NCBI GenBank assembly: GCA_963842395.1
Contig: CAWJGJ010000001.1
Coordinates: 2,922,889-2,986,888 of the forward strand
Length of the DNA: 64,000 bases
From: an uncultured Acidimicrobiales bacterium
GTDB taxonomy: Bacteria; Actinomycetota; Acidimicrobiia; Acidimicrobiales; VFJN01
Direction: 5' to 3'
The first letter of the stretch is position 1, and the number at the start of each line of letters is the position of its first letter. Both the position numbers and the translations under genes were made by a program. This document shows positions 47,755 through 56,545 of this stretch, one piece after another. The notes beneath the pieces are model-generated. The model had not been told where the DNA came from and searched no databases. It saw only the letters and a program-made list of their open reading frames with translations.

Positions 47755-48204
47755 TCACGAGCTCGTACGAGCCGTCGAGGCGGGCGGGAAGGCCGCCGCC
47801 AGCCGCGCCAGGGCGAGGGCCCCGATGAGCAGGCCGAAGTCGCGCAGGGCGATGTCGTAGTAGTCGCCCAGGATCAGCAGGTTGACGATGATGCCCGCCA
47901 GCCACGCGGCCACCAGGTAGCCACCGAAGCGCGGCCGGAGCGCCACGACCAGCCCGGCGACGATCTCGATGGCACCGACCGCGTACATGAGCGTGTGGGC
48001 CTCGGCCCCGAACAGGTCGGTGAACTCGGGTGCCAGGTACACGTCCCAATCGACGAGGACGTGGAAGAACTTGTCGAGCCCGAACAGGATCGGGGCGACG
48101 GTGAACCCGATGCGCAGCAGCCAGAACGCCTGCCCGGCGGGATCGTTCAGTTCGGCACGGAGTCCCTCGGAGCGCGGGCGCTGGTCGACGGATGTGGTTG
48201 CCAT
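47755..48204 (-). CDS. small integral membrane protein (DoxX-like topology)
   Basis: 149-aa ORF with a strong AAGGAGGAGGAA Shine-Dalgarno sequence before ATG 48204. Four predicted TM helices. Confidence 0.75.
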   Translation of the reverse strand: MATTSVDQRPRSEGLRAELNDPAGQAFWLLRIGFTVAPILFGLDKFFHVLVDWDVYLAPEFTDLFGAEAHTLMYAVGAIEIVAGLVVALRPRFGGYLVAAWLAGIIVNLLILGDYYDIALRDFGLLIGALALARLAAAFPPASTARTSS

Positions 48205-48221
48205 GGTTCCTCCTCCTTCTA

Positions 48222-48240
48222 AAACAATGAACTATTGTTT
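48222..48240. promoter_or_regulatory. candidate operator: AAACAAT-N5-ATTGTTT inverted repeat in an AT-rich divergent promoter region
   Basis: Perfect 7-bp arms, read directly. It sits between divergent genes starting at 48204 (-) and 48365 (+) in the most AT-rich stretch of the window. Confidence 0.45.
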
Positions 48241-48364
48241 ATAGTCGCTCCTGTCCTAGGTCTATGTCAAGACACCATTAGCGTTAGAGCGGCCGACGGG
48301 CGGCTCGCGGGCGAGCACACTGAGTGAGCCCGCATCCCGCGGACCGACCAGTCCAGGAGGACGG

Positions 48365-49111
48365 ATGACGCTCAACGAGAAGCAGACCGCCATGATCGAC
48401 GGACGGCCCGCCGACTACTCCGACCTGCGGGCGCTGTACGTCAACTGCTCTCTCAAGCGATCGCCCGAGGCGTCGCACACCCAGGGCCTGGCCGACCTCT
48501 CGATGGAGATCATGCGGCGCAACGGCGTCACCGTGGATCTGGTCCGGGCGGTCGACCACGACATCGCCAGCGGCGTCTATCCCGACATGACCGAGCACGG
48601 CTGGCCCGCGGACGAGTGGCCGGCGCTGTTCGAGCAGGTGATGTCCGCCGACATCCTCGTGCTGTGCAGCCCCATCTGGCTCGGCGAGAAGTCCTCCGTG
48701 TGCACCCGGGTGATCGAGCGGCTGTACGGCAACTCCAGCCTGCTCAACGAGGCCGGGCAGTACGCCTACTACGGCCGGGTCGGCGGCTGCCTGATCACGG
48801 GCAACGAGGACGGCATCAAGCACTGCTCGATGAACATCCTCTACTCGCTGCAGCACCTGGGCTACGTCATCCCGCCCCAGGCCGACGCGGGGTGGATCGG
48901 CGAGGCCGGCCCCGGCCCCTCCTACCTCGACCCCGGCTCCGGCGGCCCCGAGAACGACTTCACCAACCGCAACACCACGTTCATGACGTGGAACGTCCTC
49001 CACCTGGCCCGCATGCTGCGCGACGCCGGCGGGATCCCCGCCCACGGCAACCAGCGCTCGGAGTGGGACGCGGGCTGCCGCTTCGACTTCCCCAACCCCG
49101 AGCATCGCTAG
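48365..49111 (+). CDS. NAD(P)H-dependent FMN reductase / flavodoxin-like fold oxidoreductase
   Basis: 248-aa ORF. Motifs LYVNCSLKRSP and ADILVLCSPIWLGEKSS are typical of the flavodoxin-like FMN reductase fold. Confidence 0.8.
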   Translation: MTLNEKQTAMIDGRPADYSDLRALYVNCSLKRSPEASHTQGLADLSMEIMRRNGVTVDLVRAVDHDIASGVYPDMTEHGWPADEWPALFEQVMSADILVLCSPIWLGEKSSVCTRVIERLYGNSSLLNEAGQYAYYGRVGGCLITGNEDGIKHCSMNILYSLQHLGYVIPPQADAGWIGEAGPGPSYLDPGSGGPENDFTNRNTTFMTWNVLHLARMLRDAGGIPAHGNQRSEWDAGCRFDFPNPEHR

Positions 49112-49156
49112 GAGGGCGCTGAAGGGCTGCCGGGGGTCGAGGGGAAGCTGCGTTCG

Positions 49157-49975
49157 TCAGCGGGTCTCGCCGGCGACGCCGACGTCGTCGAGGACGTCGG
49201 GCTCGTCGTTGTGGCTGTGGGTGAACCCGAGGGCGCGCTCGGTCTGGATGGTGTCGACGGAGCGGCAGGCGACGACGTAGGCCCGGCGGAAGCCGGCGGT
49301 GGTGTTGCCCGCCGAGCCGTGCATGACCCGCTCGTTGTGCACGGTGCAGTCACCCCGGCTGATCGGGACCAGCACGACCTCGTCGCCGGGCGCCAGATCG
49401 GTGCCGAGCGCGTGGGACTCACCCCGACCGCCGAACACCGGCTCGTGCGGGCGCAGTGCGTCCTCGCGGTTCGTCGCCGGGACGAAGCGCATGCAGCCGT
49501 TCTCGACCGTCGAGTCGTCGATGGCGCACCACACCGTGGCGGTCCGGGTGTCGGGGGTGTCGGGCCAGTACGCCATGTCCTGGTGCCACGCGAACACCGC
49601 GTCGTCCTTGAACGGCTGCTTGGCCAGCAGCTGGTCGTAGTCGATCTCCATCCCGTCGCCCTGCAGCTGCGCCGCGACCGCCAGCGCCCGCCGCTCGAGG
49701 ACGTTGCCCTGCCAGGCCGGGTAGTAGCGGCGGGGGAGCATCACGTTGACGATCGAGTAGTCCGCCGGGTCACGCCCGTAGTCGCCGGCCATGTCGCAGT
49801 AGTCCTTGCCGGCGACCTCGATCTCGCGGCGCAGGAACCGGTCGTAGACGACCTCCAGGTCGGCCACCTCGTCCTCGCTGAGCAGCCCCGGCAGGTGCAC
49901 GTACCCGTCGCGGTGGAAGGCCTCGATCTCCTCCGGTGTGACGGTGTAGGTCCCGTCGGCGTTCCGCGTTCCCAT
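49157..49975 (-). CDS. phytanoyl-CoA dioxygenase (PhyH) family Fe(II)/2-oxoglutarate oxygenase
   Basis: 272-aa ORF. Motif WHQDMAYW (HxD) and a distal VHNERVMHGSAGN histidine. Confidence 0.9.
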   Translation of the reverse strand: MGTRNADGTYTVTPEEIEAFHRDGYVHLPGLLSEDEVADLEVVYDRFLRREIEVAGKDYCDMAGDYGRDPADYSIVNVMLPRRYYPAWQGNVLERRALAVAAQLQGDGMEIDYDQLLAKQPFKDDAVFAWHQDMAYWPDTPDTRTATVWCAIDDSTVENGCMRFVPATNREDALRPHEPVFGGRGESHALGTDLAPGDEVVLVPISRGDCTVHNERVMHGSAGNTTAGFRRAYVVACRSVDTIQTERALGFTHSHNDEPDVLDDVGVAGETR

Positions 49976-49995
49976 GGTGCTCCCGATCTATCGCG

Positions 49996-50868
49996 TCAGC
50001 GCCCGAGCCGCTCGCGGACCAGGCGTAGCAACGCCGGGTGCTCGTCGGGCACCGGCTCCCACAGCCGGCCCGCGGCCCGCACCGCCTGCCAGCGCCGCAG
50101 GAGATCGGGGTCCACCTGCCGCCGGCTGCGGTAGGTCGCCAGGTAGCGGTCGTGCAGGATGCGGCGCCCGAGGGGCGCCAGCATCCGCACCGTCATCGAG
50201 GACCCCGGCGGCGCTTCGCCGGCCGTCAGCAGGACGGTGCTGCGGGCGACGTCCGCGACGGGATCGCCGCGGGAGGCGTCGGCCCAGTCGATCACGACGG
50301 GGCGGTCCCAGGCGCCGAGGATGTTGCCAGGGTGGAGGTCGCCGTGGCACAGCCGGTCCCCGCGCGGCAGGCCGTCGAGCATCGCCAGAGCCGTGGCCCG
50401 GAGGTCGTCGGGAAGGATCTCGGCCGCCTCGATGCGGACGCGTAGCTCGTCGTGGAGCTCGGGAAGCTCGGGCGGCGCGGCGCAGTCGTGCATGGCGACG
50501 TGGACCTCGCCCATCACCCGGCCCGCCCGGAACACCGACAGCGGCCGGCGGCCGATCATCGCGAGCTGGTCGCGCCCATCGACCCGCTCGAGCACCAGCC
50601 CGGGGCGCCCGTCGACCGCCACGGACCGCACTGCGCGGGGCGCCGGGTAGCCGTCGGCCTCGAGGGCGCGGAGGGCGGTGGCCTCGCGCTCCACGCGTGC
50701 CCCGTGATCGGCGCGGCGCAGCAGCTTGAGCACCGTGGCGGGCTGCCCGGTCTGGCCGCCCTCCCCGTCATCGGCCCCGCCCCCGTCGCTGCCATCGGTG
50801 CCGTCGCCGCCGTCGAACGCGAACACCTCGGCCTCACGGCCCTCGGCCAGCCTCCTGCCCAGTCCCAA
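49996..50868 (-). CDS. aminoglycoside phosphotransferase (APH) family kinase
   Basis: 290-aa ORF. Catalytic loop LCHGDLHPGNIL and VVIDWADA. Confidence 0.85.
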   Translation of the reverse strand: MGLGRRLAEGREAEVFAFDGGDGTDGSDGGGADDGEGGQTGQPATVLKLLRRADHGARVEREATALRALEADGYPAPRAVRSVAVDGRPGLVLERVDGRDQLAMIGRRPLSVFRAGRVMGEVHVAMHDCAAPPELPELHDELRVRIEAAEILPDDLRATALAMLDGLPRGDRLCHGDLHPGNILGAWDRPVVIDWADASRGDPVADVARSTVLLTAGEAPPGSSMTVRMLAPLGRRILHDRYLATYRSRRQVDPDLLRRWQAVRAAGRLWEPVPDEHPALLRLVRERLGR

Positions 50869-50906
50869 GGCGGTTCACGCTACCGGCGGCGGCCGGACGT
50901 GCCCGG

Positions 50907-51684
50907 TCAGCCGGCGGCGAGTGCCGCCACCAGCGTCGACTCCGCCCGCTGACGGCGGTCCCACAGCGTGCGCGGGCGCAGGCCGCGCTGGCTGGCGATG
51001 TCGGCCACCCTGTGGCCGGCGATGCGCGATCGGGCGATGAGCTCGGCGTCGTCCCGATCGACGATGCCCGCGGCCACCGCGTCGGCGAGCAGCTCGGCCA
51101 GCTCGACGGCCGCGTTGGTCGTCTCGCCAACGGAGGCGCCACCGGGCTGCCCTGCGGGCCCGCCCGCGGGCCCGGCGCCGACCTCGGCCAGGTGGGCCCC
51201 GGCGCGGCTGGCGCGGCGAATCGCGGCCGGCGCCGGGATCGGCGGCGGGCACGGTCACCAGCCGGGGCACTCGACGGCGCAGCTCCTGCGCCGCGTCGAG
51301 CAGGACGTTGGCCGCGACCCGTCCCGGGCGGCGCTCCAGGGGGTAGTGGCAGATCCGGTGGTAGACGGCGGTGACCGCGGCGGCCGCCCGCTCGTCGGGC
51401 TCGCCGAGCGCCCACCAGCGCCGGGCCAGCGCCCGGGTGCCGGGGAGCAGCAGCTGCAGCAGCACCCGGGCGGCGAGCTGGTCGTCCGCCACCGCCCGCG
51501 AGACCAGGGCGAGCAGCACGCGGTCGGCGTCGGCGGGGTGGGCGGCACGCACAAAGCGCTCGACCTCGCCGAGCGACCACGCACCGCCCGCCACGTGGCA
51601 CACCGGCCGCAGCCGCCGGGCAGCAGACCGGTCGCAGCTGAGTCGCCGCCACTCGGCATCGAGCAGATCGAACACGTTGGCCAT
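50907..51684 (-). pseudogene. sigma-factor-like HTH protein, reading frame broken around 51170-51250
   Basis: The N-terminal ~145 codons are read from ATG 51684 (MANVFDLLDAEWRRLS...VYHRICHYPLERRPGRVAANVLLDAAQELRR). The C-terminal HTH (ETTNAAVELAELLADAVAAGIVDRDDAELIARSRIAGHRVADIASQRGLRPRTLWDRRQRAESTLVAALAAG) is in another frame and ends at TGA 50907-50909. Confidence 0.55.
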
Positions 51685-51882
51685 CAGGCACCTCCCACCT
51701 CGGGCATCGGACAGCCCGGACCGTGCGCCCCGCTGGTCCCCCGCCAGGTCCCCACCGCAGGTCAGCCCGGTCGCGGGTGACGTCCCGGGACCGGCGCCCG
51801 CGACCTACGCTCGGCGCCTCATGACGCGGCCACCCGGGGGGACGACGACCAACCTCCGCCCGGCCGCCGCCCGTCGACCGAC

Positions 51883-52614
51883 GTGTCCCCGCCCGCCCCA
51901 CGCCCGGGGCGCGGCGGGAACACCGTGACCAGTGTGACGGACGGCCTCGGCGCCGCGGTGATGGTGACCGGCGCCGCGCTGGTGGCCGGCGCCGCCGTTC
52001 GCCGGACCGGGGGGACGGCCACCACCCGCCGTCGTTGGTGGATCGCCTCGCTCGCGGCCGCGATCGGCGCGGGTGTCGCGGCCGGAGGGCCGGCCCCCGC
52101 GGCGGGCGCCATCGGTGCGACGGGCCTGGCCGCCGCCGCGGTGGTCGATGCGACCGAGGGCCGGGTGCCCACGGCCGTCGCCCACGCCACGACGCTGCTG
52201 TCCTCGCTGGCGCTGGCGGTGCACGCCGTGGTGCGCGACGACGGAACCGCCGTCGTCGGGGCGCTGGTGCTCGCCGCGGTGTTGGCCGCGGCGGTGGCAC
52301 TGCTGTGGCTGGCCGGGCTCGCGGGCTTCGGCGACGTGCGCCTCTCGGGCGCCGTGGTCTCGGGCCTGCTGCCGGGGCTCCCGGCGCTGGCGGTGGTGGC
52401 GGGGGTCGCCGTCACCACATCGGGACTGGTGGCGTGCGCCCGCCGGGTGATCGGCCCCCGCCGCAGGGCGGCGACGGTCGCCCCGTCCACGGGGGTACCG
52501 GCGGCGGCGACCATGCCGCGGGCCGACGGCGCCGACTCCGCGGCGACGACGGCGACCGTGCCGTTCGCGCCGGCGCTGGCACTGGGATGGCTCGTGGCCG
52601 TCGCCGTCCTGTGA
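51883..52614 (+). CDS. A24-family prepilin peptidase (TadV/CpaA-like)
   Basis: 243-aa polytopic ORF. First catalytic Asp context VVDATEGRVP and second Asp in GLAGFGDVRL (GxGD motif). Start may be GTG 51925. Confidence 0.7.
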   Translation: MSPPAPRPGRGGNTVTSVTDGLGAAVMVTGAALVAGAAVRRTGGTATTRRRWWIASLAAAIGAGVAAGGPAPAAGAIGATGLAAAAVVDATEGRVPTAVAHATTLLSSLALAVHAVVRDDGTAVVGALVLAAVLAAAVALLWLAGLAGFGDVRLSGAVVSGLLPGLPALAVVAGVAVTTSGLVACARRVIGPRRRAATVAPSTGVPAAATMPRADGADSAATTATVPFAPALALGWLVAVAVL

Positions 52615-52664
52615 CCGCGACCGGCACCGGTGGCCCCGCCTCCGCGGGGCGGCGAGCCGCCCGG

Positions 52665-53489
52665 TCAGAGCGCTCGGGCCGGGATGCTCACCTGCTTGGC
52701 GCCGTACGACCCGCTGAGGATGTTCAACAGGGCGGCACGCTCGGCGGGGTCGACACTCAGGCGCCAGCGGTACTTCACCGTGACCCACTTGATGGCGAAC
52801 GAGCCGCGCGCGGCGGGACCGGCCGGGAGCCACTGGGCGGGGTCACGCGAGCCCTTGCTCGCGTTCACGTTGTCGGTCACCGCCTCGAGGGACCACGGGT
52901 GCCCGAGGTCGTTGGCGAACCGCTCTCGGTTGACGGGGCCCCAGATCCTGGCCCCCGACTCCCACGCTTCCTGGAGCGCCACCACGTGGTCGATGTCCAC
53001 GTCGGACGGGTTCGTCCACGTGGCGTAGTCGTAGGGGCTGATCCACCGGCCGCGGGACACGCTGCAGTGCCGGGCGCTCGTGTAGGTGGGCGCCACGCGT
53101 GACTCGGCCACGAGGACCTCCGTGCGCGTGTCCTGGCAGTCCCCGTTGGCGTCGATCCAGTGCTTGAAGGAGGTGCGGCTGTAGGTGGTCGAGCCGCCCT
53201 CGCTCCGCACGGGCAGCGCGGCCGCGAGCTGCCTGGCCGTCGTCGTCGCCGCAGCCGCGCGCACGGGTGACGTGGCCGTCGCCGGGGAGGCGGCGCCCAC
53301 CGAGGTCACCGAGGCCACCGTTCCCGCGGCCTTCGCCATGGTGGGGGTCGACGCCCCCACCGCCGGCGCGGTCTGGGCGACGGAGCACGCGGCGACGAGC
53401 GCCGCCAGTGCGACGACGCCGAGTCGCCGCGCCCACCCGCCGCCGCGCGTGCCGAATCTGCCCTGGCCAGAGGGGATCTCGAGTGTCAT
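52665..53489 (-). CDS. secreted HNH/DUF1524-family nuclease lipoprotein
   Basis: 274-aa ORF. Lipobox LVAAC-S and motif DIDHVVALQEAWESGA...NVNASKGSRDP, typical of the DUF1524 (GmrSD C-terminal-like) nuclease domain. Confidence 0.75.
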   Translation of the reverse strand: MTLEIPSGQGRFGTRGGGWARRLGVVALAALVAACSVAQTAPAVGASTPTMAKAAGTVASVTSVGAASPATATSPVRAAAATTTARQLAAALPVRSEGGSTTYSRTSFKHWIDANGDCQDTRTEVLVAESRVAPTYTSARHCSVSRGRWISPYDYATWTNPSDVDIDHVVALQEAWESGARIWGPVNRERFANDLGHPWSLEAVTDNVNASKGSRDPAQWLPAGPAARGSFAIKWVTVKYRWRLSVDPAERAALLNILSGSYGAKQVSIPARAL

Positions 53490-53775
53490 GTCGCTCCACG
53501 TCGGGTCGATGCCGGCCCGGTCCCGCGAGAGGTCCGGGTACGGCGCGTCACCAACTGAGAGGCGCCACGGCCCGAGTTATGACGGCGTCGGCGACGACGG
53601 AACGCCGCTGACCAGGTCGGCGGTGGATGCGCCGCGGTCGAGCGACAACCCCGATCGGGCCCCACGCCCCGGTTCGGACCGCGAGACCCGGCCCTCCGGC
53701 GCCCGTCGGCCACGCGGGTGCGGAACAATCGGTCGACCATGACGGCCCCGACGCTCCCCGACCCCGTGGCGGTCC

Positions 53776-53815
53776 CGGCCGCCCCGAGCCCGGTCGCGTG
53801 ACGGTCGTCCTGTCG
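53776..53815 (+). repeat. 40-bp direct repeat, left copy (contains the ycaQ-like start codon)
   Basis: CGGCCGCCCCGAGCCCGGTCGCGTGACGGTCGTCCTGTCG. Matches the copy at 55020-55059 at 39/40 positions. Confidence 0.9.
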
Positions 53816-55003
53816 AACGCCGAGGCGAAGCGGATCGCCCTCGTCGCGCAGGGCTTCGCCGACCGCCGACCGACCGGGCGCGTGGACCGGCGCCACCTGC
53901 GCAGGGTGCTCGCCCGGATGGGCCTGGTCCAGATCGACTCAGTCAACGTCCTGGTGCGCAGCCACGAGCTGCCGCTGTTCGCCCGGCTCGGGCCGCACCC
54001 GCGGACCCTGATCGACGACGCCGTCCGCGACGGCGAGCTGTTCGAGTACGTCGCCCACGAAGCCAGCTTCGTCCCGACCGACCAGCACCACCTCTTCCGG
54101 TGGCGCATGCGCGGACCGTTCCCCTGGCCCGAGTTCCGGCGGCAGGTCGAGCGTCTGGGCAGCGCCCTCGAGCTCGTCTACCGGCGCGTCGCCGAGGACG
54201 GGCCGCTGGTGGCCGGTGACATCAAGATGGGTGGCGGCACGGGGGGAACGTGGTGGGACTACGACGACGGCAAGCTCGCGCTCGAGGCCCTCTTCTACAT
54301 GGGTCGCATCGCCGCTCGCCGCCGGCCCCGTGACTTCGCCCGCGTCTACGACCTGCCCGAGCGGATGATCCCACCCGAGGCGCTCGCCCGACCGGACCTG
54401 CCCGACCACGAGGCCCGCAAGGAGCTGCTCGTGCTGGCGGCCAGGTACCACGGGGTGGGTACGCTCGGCGACCTGGCCGACTACCACCGCCTGACCCCGA
54501 CGGCGTGCAAGCCGGCGGTGGCGGAGCTCGTGGACGAGGGGCGCCTGGTGCCGGTGACCGTGCGGGAGTGGGATCGCCCGGCGTACCTCGACCCCTCGGC
54601 GCGCTCGCGGCGCCGCGTCGACGCTCGCGCCCTGTTGAGCCCGTTCGACCCGGTCGTCTGGAACCGGGACCGGGCGCTGCGGATGTACGGCTTCCACTAC
54701 CGCATCGAGATCTACACGCCGGCCCCCCGACGCCGGTACGGCTACTACGTGCTGCCGTTCCTCTTCGGCGACGACCTGGTCGGCCGCGTCGACCTCAAGG
54801 CCGACCGCGCCGCCCGAGCCCTGCTCGTGCAGAGCGCGTGGACGGAGCCCGGGGTTGACGAGCCCCACGTGGCGGGCGAGATGCTCGAGGAGTTGCGCCT
54901 GATGGCGTCCTGGCTGGAGCTGGACCGCGTCGAGGTCACGGGACGGGGCGACCTCGGGCCCCGGCTGCAGCGCCTCGCCCGGGGGAGCCGCCCGCTCCCC
55001 TGA
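53798..55003 (+). CDS. winged-helix DNA glycosylase YcaQ/AlkZ family (DUF1006) protein
   Basis: 401 aa from GTG 53798. N-terminal LSNAEAKRIALVAQGF, and C-terminal HYRIEIYTPAPRRRYGYYVLPFLFGDDLVGRVDLKADR, typical of this family. Confidence 0.85.
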   Translation: MTVVLSNAEAKRIALVAQGFADRRPTGRVDRRHLRRVLARMGLVQIDSVNVLVRSHELPLFARLGPHPRTLIDDAVRDGELFEYVAHEASFVPTDQHHLFRWRMRGPFPWPEFRRQVERLGSALELVYRRVAEDGPLVAGDIKMGGGTGGTWWDYDDGKLALEALFYMGRIAARRRPRDFARVYDLPERMIPPEALARPDLPDHEARKELLVLAARYHGVGTLGDLADYHRLTPTACKPAVAELVDEGRLVPVTVREWDRPAYLDPSARSRRRVDARALLSPFDPVVWNRDRALRMYGFHYRIEIYTPAPRRRYGYYVLPFLFGDDLVGRVDLKADRAARALLVQSAWTEPGVDEPHVAGEMLEELRLMASWLELDRVEVTGRGDLGPRLQRLARGSRPLP

Positions 55004-56057
55004 CCGCCCGCCGGTGTCTCGGCCGCCCCGAGCCCGGGCGCGTGACGGTCGTCCTGTCGTGGTGGCGGAGCCCCTCGTGGGCCAGGTGACGGCCGGCGGG
55101 GTTGGCGTGGAGGAGGACGTCGGCGAGGCGGGGAACGGAGTGGAGGAGGTGGTGCCGGGCGTCCTCGAGGATGTCGTGGGTCTTGGCCAGCGCGAGGTCG
55201 CCGTCGACCGCCACGTCGGCGTCCGCATGGAGCTCGTGCCCTATCCAGCGGACACGGACCCGGTCGACCGCGTCGATGCCGTCGACGTCGCCGAGCTCAC
55301 GCGCGATGCGATCGACCAGAGCGGGGTCGATGCGGTCCATGAGTCGCCCGTGGATGTCGCGGGCCGCGGTGTGGAGCACCTTGAGGATGGCGGCGCTGAT
55401 GGCCAGGCCGACCACGGGGTCGGCGAGACGCCAGCCCGCCATCGCGCCGAGCGCGGCGGCCACGACGGCGAGCGACGTGAGGCCGTCCGTCCGGGCATGG
55501 AGGCCGTCCGCGACCAGGGCGGCGGAACCGATGCGACGACCGACCCGGATGCGGTACCCGGCGACCAGCTCGTTGCCCACGAAGCCGATGACACCGGCGG
55601 CGGCGACCCAGCCGGGGCCGGCGATGGTCCGGGGGTCGACGAGGCGGGCGATGGCCTGCCAGGCGGCGACCGCCGCGGACAGGGCGATCATGGCGACGAT
55701 GAACAGGCCGGCGAGGTCTTCGGCACGCCCGTACCCGTAGGTGTACCGCCGGTCGGGAGGGCGCCGGCCCAGCCAGAAGGCGACACCCAACGGGAGGGCG
55801 GTCAGCGCGTCGGAGAAGTTGTGCACGGTGTCGGCGAGGAGGGCGACCGAGCCGGACACGGCGACCACGACGACCTGGAGCACGGCGGTGGCGCCGAGTC
55901 CGCCGAGGCTGACGGCCAAGGCCCGCATGCCCTCACCGCTCGCGGTCGCGGCGTCGACCGAGTCCGCGTGGTCGTGGCTGTGCGACGAGAACAGGTGGCG
56001 AATCGCCCCGACGACCCCCGGCCGGCGGCGGTGCTCGTGGTGGTGCTCCGCGCTCAT
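54936..56057 (-). CDS. cation diffusion facilitator (CDF) family metal efflux transporter
   Basis: 373-aa ORF. His-rich N-terminus and TM metal-site motifs DTVHNFSD and DGLHARTD. The last ~50 aa are low-complexity and overlap ycaQ by 68 nt. Confidence 0.85.
   Translation of the reverse strand: MSAEHHHEHRRRPGVVGAIRHLFSSHSHDHADSVDAATASGEGMRALAVSLGGLGATAVLQVVVVAVSGSVALLADTVHNFSDALTALPLGVAFWLGRRPPDRRYTYGYGRAEDLAGLFIVAMIALSAAVAAWQAIARLVDPRTIAGPGWVAAAGVIGFVGNELVAGYRIRVGRRIGSAALVADGLHARTDGLTSLAVVAAALGAMAGWRLADPVVGLAISAAILKVLHTAARDIHGRLMDRIDPALVDRIARELGDVDGIDAVDRVRVRWIGHELHADADVAVDGDLALAKTHDILEDARHHLLHSVPRLADVLLHANPAGRHLAHEGLRHHDRTTVTRPGSGRPRHRRAVRGAGGSPGRGAAAGARGRPVP
55020..55059 (+). repeat. 40-bp direct repeat, right copy
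   Basis: CGGCCGCCCCGAGCCCGGGCGCGTGACGGTCGTCCTGTCG, 17 nt after the ycaQ-like stop and inside the 3' tail of the convergent CDF gene. Confidence 0.9.
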
Positions 56058-56407
56058 GCGCCGCGCACCTCGTGGTGATCCGCACGATGGAGCGCCTCCG
56101 CGACGAGCCGTTCGATGTGACGGTCATGGGCGGCGTAGTAGATGTGGTTGCCATCGCGGCGGGTACGGACCACGCCCGCCAGGCGCAGCTTGGCCAGGTG
56201 ATGCGAGATCGCCGCCGGCTGCATGCCGAGGTGGACGGCGAGCTCGTTGACGTTGTGCTCGCCGTGCAGCAGGTTCCACACGATCCGCAACCGCGTCTCG
56301 TCCGCGAGCAGCTTCAGCGTCGCCACCGCTCTCGCCAGGCCCTCCCCGGTCGGCTCTTCGCCTTCGCCTATATGCGTATCCACTTGAATAGTTCTACAGT
56401 TCCGCAA
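56054..56407 (-). CDS. ArsR/SmtB family metalloregulator
   Basis: 117-aa ORF (TTG 56407; alternative GTG 56383). wHTH LKLLADETRLRIVWNLLHGEHNVNELAVHLGMQPAAISHHLAKLRLAGVV. Stop overlaps the CDF ATG (ATGA). Confidence 0.85.
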   Translation of the reverse strand: MRNCRTIQVDTHIGEGEEPTGEGLARAVATLKLLADETRLRIVWNLLHGEHNVNELAVHLGMQPAAISHHLAKLRLAGVVRTRRDGNHIYYAAHDRHIERLVAEALHRADHHEVRGA

Positions 56408-56545
56408 CGCACATCACAACGGGCGAACACGACGAAAGGGCGAGGTTCCGGAGCAGCCGCACGGCCGATGCCACGACGGCGTTCTACCCCACCGATATCA
56501 CCGCTGCGCATCCATGGACCGGTCCTCCGGTCGAGCGACGGCCGC

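Noticed and set aside
56365-56400. AT-rich stretch at the arsR 5' end (ATATGCGTAT and TTGAATAGTTCTA) considered as a 12-2-12 ArsR/SmtB operator.
   Set aside because: Both inverted repeats are imperfect: only 3-bp perfect arms for the first and GAA/TTC for the second. The stretch is probably the promoter/operator region and argues for the GTG 56383 start, but I cannot define a site with confidence.
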